DNA from: Auanema rhodensis
Lineage: Eukaryota; Animalia; Nematoda
Direction: 5' to 3'
DNA: 64,000 bases
Assembly: GCA_964057225.1 (NCBI GenBank)
Contig: OZ059896.1
Span: forward strand, 2,418,001 to 2,482,000
Shown one piece after another: positions 56,301-64,000 of this stretch. The position numbers were made by a program, and so were the translations under genes. Position 1 is the first letter of the stretch, and each line of letters starts with the position of its first letter. Under the pieces are notes generated by a model. The model made no database searches and was not told where the DNA came from. It was given only the letters and a program-made list of their open reading frames with translations.

Positions 56301-59300
56301 TGCATTAGTGTATGTTGAGTTTCCATGTACACTCAAAATTGCTTCCAAAAACATTTTGACAAAAATTTTTTCAAAAAATTTCAAAATAATTTAGCGAAAA
56401 GTAGATGTTTTTAGATTCCTTTTTTCAAGGCAAAAACGATGGACAATGTTATTCAACGAAAAAATTAATTCTTCAGGGTGAAAATCGAGGATATAGGTGT
56501 GAACTTATATCAGTTGATATCTCGGTGCATTTTTAAGCTAGCGCAAATCTGATAGTACAGATCGACGCAGCTTAATAATCCGCATCGAATGCACTATACT
56601 ACATTGAGAAACGCTTAAAACAAAAAATAGTTATGATCTTTTGAAAAATGATGCATTAGTGTATGTTGAGTTTCCATGTACACTCAAAATTGCTTCCAAA
56701 AACATTTTGACAAAAATTTTTTCGAAAAATTTCAAAATAATTTAGCAAAAAGTAGATGTTTTTAGATTCCTTTTTTCGAGGCAAAAACGATGGACAATGT
56801 TATTCAACGAAAAAATCAATTCTTCAGGGTGAAAATCGAGGATATAAGTGTGAACTTATATCAGTTGATATCTCGGTGCATTTTCGAGCTAGCGCAAATC
56901 TGATAGTACAGATCGACGAAGCTTAAAAATCCGCATCGAATGCACTATACTACATTGAGAAACGCTTAATACAAAAATAAGTTATGATCGTTTGAAAAAT
57001 GATGCATTAGTGTATGTTGAGTTTCCATGTACACTCAAAATTGCTTCCAAAAACATTTTGACAAAAATTTTTTCGAAAAATTTCAAAATAATTTAGCAAA
57101 AAGTAGATGTGTTTAGATTCCTTTTTTCAAGGCAAAAACGATGGACAATGTTATTCAACGAAAAAATTAATTCTTCAGGGTGAAAATAGAGGATATAGGT
57201 GTAAACTTATATCAGTTGATATCTCGGTGCATTTTCAAGCCAGCGCAAATCTGATAGTACAGATCGACGCAGCTTAAAAATCCGCATCGAATGCACTATA
57301 CTACATTGAGAAACGCTTAATAAAAAAATTAGTTATGATCGTTTGAAAAATGATGCATTAGTGTATGTTGAGTTTCCATGTACACTCCAAATTGCTTCCA
57401 AAAACATTTTGACAAAAAATTTTTCGAAAAATTTCAAAATAATTTAGCGAAAAGTAGATGTTTTTAGATTCCTTTTTTCGAGGCAAAAACGATGGACAAT
57501 GTTATTCAACGAAAAAATTAATTCTTCAGGGTGAAAATCGAGGATATAAGTGTGAACTTATATCAGTTGATATCTCGGTGCATTTTCAAGCTAGCGCAAA
57601 TCTGATAGTACAGATCGACGCAGCTTAATAATCCGCATCGAATGCACTATACTACATTGAGAAACGCTTAATACAAAAATTAGTTATGATCTTTTGAAAA
57701 ATGATGCATTAGTGTATGTTGAGTTTCCATGTACACTCAAAATTGCTTCCAAAAACATTTTGACAAAAATTTTTTCGAAAAATTTCAAAATAATTTAGCA
57801 AAAAGTAGATGTTTTTAGATTCCTTTTTTCGAGGCAAAAACGATGGACAATGTTATTCAACGAAAAAATTAATTCTTCAGGGTGAAAATCGAGGATATAA
57901 GTGTGAACTTATATCAGTTGATATCTCGGTGCATTTTCGAGCTAGCGCAAATCTGATAGTACAGATCGACGCAGCTTAAAAATCCGCATCGAATGCACTA
58001 TACTACATTGAGAAACGCTTAATACAAAAATTAGTTATGATCGTTTGAAAAATGATGCATTAGTGTATGTTGAGTTTCCATGTACACTCCAAATTGCTTC
58101 CAAAAACATTTTGACAAAAATTTTTTCGAAAAATTTCAAAATAATTTAGCGAAAAGTAGATGTTTTTAGATTCCTTTTTTCGAGGCAAAAACGATGGACA
58201 ATGTTATTCAACGAAAAAATTAATTCTTCAGGGTGAAAATCGAGGATATAAGTGTGAACTTATATCAGTTGATATCTCGGTGCATTTTTAAGCTAGCGGA
58301 AATTTGATAACACAGATCGACGCAGCTTAAAAATCCGCATCGAATGCACTATACTACATTGAGAAACGCTTAATACAAAAATTAGTTATGATCGTTTGAA
58401 AAATGATGCATTAGTGTATGTTGAGTTTCCATGTACACTCAACATTGCTTCCAAAAACATTTTGACAAAAATTTTTTCGAAAAATTTCAAAATAATTTAG
58501 CGAAAAGTAGATGTTTTTAGATTCCTTTTTTCGAGGCAAAAACGATGGACAATGTTATTCAACGAAAAAATCAATTCTTCAGGGTGAAAATCGAGGATAT
58601 AAGTGTGAACTTATATCAGTTGATATCTCGGTGCATTTTCGAGCTAGCGCAAATCTGATAGTACAGATCGACGCAGCTTAAAAATCCGCATCGAATGCAC
58701 TATACTACATTGAGAAACGCTTAATACAAAAATAAGTTATGATCGTTTGAAAAATGATGCATTAGTGTATGTTGAGTTTCCATGTACACTCAAAATTGCT
58801 TCCAAAAACATTTTGACAAAAATTTTTTCGAAAAATTTCAAAATAATTTAGCAAAAAGTAGATGTTTATAGATTCCTTTTTTCAAGGCAAAAACGATGGA
58901 CAATGTTATTCAACCAAAAAATTAATTCTTCAGGGTGAAAATCGAGGATATAGGTGTGAACTTATATCAGTTGATATCTCGGTGCATTTTCAAGCCAGCG
59001 CAAATCTGATAGTACAGATCGACGCAGCTTAATAATCCGCATCGAATGCACTATACTACATTGAGCAACGCTTAATACAAAAATTAGTTATGATCGTTTG
59101 AAAAATGATGCATTAGTGTATGTTGAGTTTCCATGTACACTCAAAATTGCTTCCAAAAACATTTTGACAAAAATTTTTTCGAAAAATTTCAAAATAATTT
59201 AGCGAAAAGTAGATGTTTTTAGATTCCTTTTTTCGAGGCAAAAACGATGGACAATGTTATTCAACGAAAAAATTAATTCTTCAGGGTGAAAATCGAGGAT

Positions 59301-62300
59301 ATAAGTGTGAACTTATATCAGTTGATATCTCGGTGCATTTTCAAGCTAGCGCAAATCTGATAGTACAGATCGACGCAGCTTAATAATCCGCATCGAATGC
59401 ACTATACTACATTGAGAAACGCTTAATACAAAAATTAGTTATGATCTTTTGAAAAATGATGCATTAGTGTATGTTGAGTTTCCATGTACACTCAAAATTG
59501 CTTCCAAAAACATTTTGACAAAAATTTTTTCGAAAAATTTCAAAATAATTTAGCAAAAAGTAGATGTTTTTAGATTCCTTTTTTCGAGGCAAAAACGATG
59601 GACAATGTTATTCAACGAAAAAATTAATTCTTCAGGGTGAAAATCGAGGATATAAGTGTGAACTTATATCAGTTGATATCTCGGTGCATTTTCGAGCTAG
59701 CGCAAATCTGATAGTACAGATCGACGCAGCTTAAAAATCCGCATCGAATGCACTATACTACATTGAGAAACGCTTAATACAAAAATTAGTTATGATCGTT
59801 TGAAAAATGATGCATTAGTGTATGTTGAGTTTCCATGTACACTCCAAATTGCTTCCAAAAACATTTTGACAAAAATTTTTTCGAAAAATTTCAAGATAAT
59901 TTAGCGAAAAGTAGATGTTTTTAGATTCCTTTTTTCGAGGCAAAAACGATGGACAATGTTATTCAACGAAAAAATTAATTCTTCAGGGTGAAAATCGAGG
60001 ATATAAGTGTGAACTTATATCAGTTGATATCTCGGTGCATTTTTAAGCTAGCGGAAATTTGATAACACAGATCGACGCAGCTTAAAAATCCGCATCGAAT
60101 GCACTATACTACATTGAGAAACGCTTAATACAAAAATTAGTTATGATCGTTTGAAAAATGATGCATTAGTGTATGTTGAGTTTCCATGTACACTCAACAT
60201 TGCTTCCAAAAACATTTTGACAAAAATTTTTTCGAAAAATTTCAAAATAATTTAGCGAAAAGTAGATGTTTTTAGATTCCTTTTTTCGAGGCAAAAACGA
60301 TGGACAATGTTATTCAACGAAAAAATCAATTCTTCAGGGTGAAAATCGAGGATATAAGTGTGAACTTATATCAGTTGATATCTCGGTGCATTTTCGAGCT
60401 AGCGCAAATCTGATAGTACAGATCGACGCAGCTTAAAAATCCGCATCGAATGCACTATACTACATTGAGAAACGCTTAATACAAAAATAAGTTATGATCG
60501 TTTGAAAAATGATGCATTAGTGTATGTTGAGTTTCCATGTACACTCAAAATTGCTTCCAAAAACATTTTGACAAAAATTTTTTCGAAAAATTTCAAAATA
60601 ATTTAGCAAAAAGTAGATGTTTTTAGATTCCTTTTTTCAAGGCAAAAACGATGGACAATGTTATTCAACCAAAAAATTAATTCTTCAGGGTGAAAATCGA
60701 GGATATAGGTGTGAACTTATATCAGTTGATATCTCGGTGCATTTTCAAGCCAGCGCAAATCTGATAGTACAGATCGACGCAGCTTAAAAATCCGCATCGA
60801 ATGCACTATACTACATTGAGAAACGCTTAATACAAAAATTAGTTATGATCGTTTGAAAAATGATGCATTAGTGTATGTTGAGTTTCCATGTACACTCCAA
60901 ATTGCTTCCAAAAACATTTTGACAAAAATTTTTTCGAAAAATTTCAAAATAATTTAGCGAAAAGTAGATGTTTTTAGATTCCTTTTTTCGAGGCAAAAAC
61001 GATGGACAATGTTATTCAACGAAAAAATTAATTCTTCAGGGTGAAAATCGAAAATATAAGTGTGAACTTATATCAGTTGATATCTCGGTGCATTTTTCAG
61101 CTAGCGGAAATTTGATAACACAGATCGACGCAGCTTAAAAATCCGCATCGAATGCACTATACTACATTGAGAAACGCTTAATACAAAAATTAGTTATGAT
61201 CGTTTGAAAAATGATGCATTAGTGTATGTTGAGTTTCCATGTACACTCAACATTGCTTCCAAAAACATTTTGACAAAAATTTTTTCGAAAAATTTCAAAA
61301 TAATTTAGCGAAAAGTAGATGTTTTTAGATTCCTTTTTTTGAGGCAAAAACGATGGACAATGTTATTCAACGGAAAAATTAATTCTTCAGGGTGAAAATC
61401 GAGGATATAAGTGTGAACTTATATCAGTTGATATCTCGGTGCATTTTCAAGCTAGCGCAAATCTGATAGTACAGATCGACGCAGCTTAAAAATCCGCATC
61501 GAATGCACTATACTACATTGAGAAACGCTTAATACAAAAATTAGTTATGATCGTTCGAAAAATGATGCATTAGTGTATGTTGAGTTTCCATGTACACTCA
61601 AAATTGCTTCCAAAAACATTTTGACAAAAATTTTTTCAAAAAATTTCAAAATAATTTAGCGAAAAGTAGATGTTTTTAGATTCCTTTTTTCAAGGCCAAA
61701 ACGAAGGACAATGTAATTCAACGAAAAAATTAATTCTTCAGGGTGAAAATCGAGGATATAAGTGTGAACTTATATCAGTTCATATCTCGGTGCATTTTCA
61801 AGCTAGCGCAAATCTGATAGTACAGATCGACGCAGCATAAAAATCCGCATCGAATGCACTATACTAAATTGAGAAACGCTTAATACAAAAAATAGTTATG
61901 ATCGTTTGAAAAATGATGCATTAGTGTATGTTGAGTTTCCATGTACACTCAACATTGCTTCCAAAAACATTTTGACAAAAATTTTTTCGAAAATTTCAAA
62001 ATAATTTAGCGAAAAGTAGATGTTTTTGGATTCCTTTTTTCGAGGCAAAAACAATGGACAATGTTATTTAACGAAAAAATTAATTCTTCAGGGTGAAAAT
62101 CGAAAATATAAGTGTGAACTTATATCAGTTGATATCTCGGTGCATTTTTCAGCTAGCGCAAATCTGATAACACAGATCGACGCAGCTTAAAAATCCGCAT
62201 CGAATGCACTATACTACATTAAGAAAAGCTTAATACAAAAATTAGTTATGATCGTTTGAAAAATGATGCATTAGTGTATGTTGAGTTTCCATGTACACTC

Positions 62301-62392
62301 AACATTGCTTCCAAAAACATTTTGACAAAAATTTTTTCGAAAAATTTCAAAATAATTTAGCGAAAAGTAGATGTTTTTAGATTCCTTTTTTT
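41343..62392. repeat. 21,050-bp tandem duplication, copy 2 (60 monomers)
   Basis: Same markers as copy 1. Lag-21050 identity begins after the mismatch at 20292(C)/41342(T) and ends at 41471(A)/62521(G), so the boundaries can slide by up to 128 bp. Confidence 0.96.
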
Positions 62393-64000
62393 GAGGCAAA
62401 AACGATGGACAATGTTATTCAACGAAAAAATTAATTCTTCAGGGTGAAAATCGAGGATATAAGTGTGAACTTATATCAGTTGATATCTCGGTGCATTTTC
62501 AAGCTAGCGCAAATCTGATAGTACAGATCGACGCAGCTTAATAATCCGCATCAAATGCACTATACTACATTGAGAAACGCTTAATACAAAAATTAGTTAT
62601 GATCTTTTGAAAAATGATGCATTAGTGTATGTTGAGTTTCCATGTACACTCAAAATTGCTTCCAAAAACATTTTGACAAAAATTTTTTCGAAAAATTTCA
62701 AAATAATTTAGCAGAAAGTAGATGTTTTTAGATTCCTTTTTTCGAGGCAAAAACGATGGACAATGTTATTCAACGAAAAAATTAATTCTTCAGGGTGAAA
62801 ATCGAGGATATAAGTGTGAACTTATATCAGTTGATATCTCGGTGCATTTTCGAGCTAGCGCAAATCTGATAGTACAGATCGACGCAGCTTAAAAATCCGC
62901 ATCGAATGCACTATACTACATTGAGAAAAGCTTAATACAAAAATAAGTTATGATCGTTTGAAAAATGATGCATTAGTGTATGTTGAGTTTCCATGTACAC
63001 TCCAAATTGCTTCCAAAAACATTTTGACAAAAATTTTTTCGAAAAATTTCAAAATAATTTAGCGAAAAGTAGATGTTTTTAGATTCCTTTTTTCGAGGCA
63101 AAAACGATGGACAATGTTATTCAACGAAAAAATTAATTCTTCAGGGTGAAAATCGAGGATATAAGTGTGAACTTATATCAGTTGATATCTCGGTGCATTT
63201 TTAAGCTAGCGGAAATTTGATAACACAGATCGACGCAGCTTAAAAATCCGCATCGAATGCACTATACTACATTGAGAAACGCTTAATACAAAAATTAGTT
63301 ATGATCGTTTGAAAAATGATGCATTAGTGTATGTTGAGTTTCCATGTACACTCAACATTGCTTCCAAAAACATTTTGACAAAAATTTTTTCGAAAAATTT
63401 CAGAATAATTTAGCGAAAAGTAGATGTTTTTAGATTCCTTTTTTCGAGGCAAAAACGATGGACAATGTTTTTCAACGAAAAAATTAATTCTTCAGGGTGA
63501 AAATCGAGGATATAAGTGTGAACTTATATCAGTTGATATCTCGGTGCATTTTCGAGCTAGCGCAAATCTGATAGTACAGATCGACGCAGCTTAAAAATCC
63601 GCATCGAATGCACTATACTACATTGAGAAACGCTTAATACAAAAATAAGTTATGATCGTTTGAAAAATGATGCATTAGTGTATGTTGAGTTTCCATGTAC
63701 ACTCAAAATTGCTTCCAAAAACATTTTGACAAAAATTTTTTCGAAAAATTTCAAAATAATTTAGCAAAAAGTAGATGTTTTTAGATTCCTTTTTTCAAGG
63801 CAAAAACGATGGACAATGTTATTCAACCAAAAAATTAATTCTTCAGGGTGAAAATCGAGGATATAGGTGTGAACTTATATCAGTTGATATCTCGGTGCAT
63901 TTTCAAGCCAGCGCAAATCTGATAGTACAGATCGACGCAGCTTAAAAATCCGCATCGAATGCACTATACTACATTGAGAAACGCTTAATACAAAAATTAG

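Larger units (their letters stand above)
1..64000. repeat. Tandem satellite DNA array, 350-351 bp monomer, ~182 copies, head-to-tail, open at both window edges
   Basis: The anchor GGCAAAAACGATGGACAATG recurs at 11, 361, 712, 1062, 1413, 1763, 2114, 2464, 2814 and so on to the end, spaced 350 or 351 bp apart (one 298-bp exception). Monomers differ at only a few percent of positions. No inverted copies or foreign sequence were seen. Confidence 0.99.
9419..64000. repeat. Satellite subfamily B domain (mostly 351-bp monomers)
   Basis: Diagnostic alleles TACATTGAGAAACGCTTAATAC (or TTAAGAAAAGC / TTGTGAAAAGC), AATTTAGC(G/A)AAAAG, GACAAAAATTTTTT (5 A) and TTTTCGAGGC, the last first seen at ~9765. Confidence 0.9.

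Noticed and set aside
1-64000. CRISPR array or other repeat-spacer system
   Set aside because: There are no unique spacers. The entire 350-bp unit is repeated with only point variants, and no cas or other genes are present.
9419-64000. Giant repetitive protein gene (351 = 117 codons keeps frame)
   Set aside because: Monomers contain multiple stops, 350-bp monomers shift the frame, and the ORF track shows nothing above 79 aa on either strand.
1-64000. Tandem 5S rRNA, tRNA, snRNA or spliced-leader gene array
   Set aside because: I recognise no 5S, tRNA cloverleaf, A/B box or SL sequence in the monomer on either strand. An Rfam/Infernal search would be the formal test.
1-64000. Assignment to a known ~360-bp satellite (Drosophila 1.688/359-bp, Tribolium TCAST) or a CENP-B box
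   Set aside because: Only size and AT content are similar. I see no sequence match I can vouch for and no canonical CENP-B box.

Overview
All 64 kb is one uninterrupted, head-to-tail tandem satellite array of about 182 monomers of 350-351 bp, all in the same orientation. A hand count of one consensus monomer gives about 32% GC. I see no credible genes, RNA genes, CRISPR spacers or transposon insertions; the three supplied ORFs are chance read-throughs of the monomer. It looks like eukaryotic heterochromatic or (peri)centromeric satellite DNA, but I do not recognise the family or species. The information lies in the variant pattern. (1) A 350-bp-dominated subfamily A (1 to ~9.3 kb) switches abruptly to a 351-bp subfamily B. 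(2) A 21,050-bp (60-monomer) tandem duplication, 20293-41342 / 41343-62392, has a chimeric junction monomer. (3) Small higher-order repeats of 2, 3, 5 and 9 monomers are nested inside. (4) One monomer carries a 68-bp deletion with a 16-bp flank-templated insertion, resembling a microhomology/polymerase-theta repair scar. (5) The monomer is largely built of dyad symmetries, including a 67-bp imperfect hairpin. (6) Many polymorphisms are CpG transitions although the unit is CpG-rich. I found no evidence for a novel protein-coding system.
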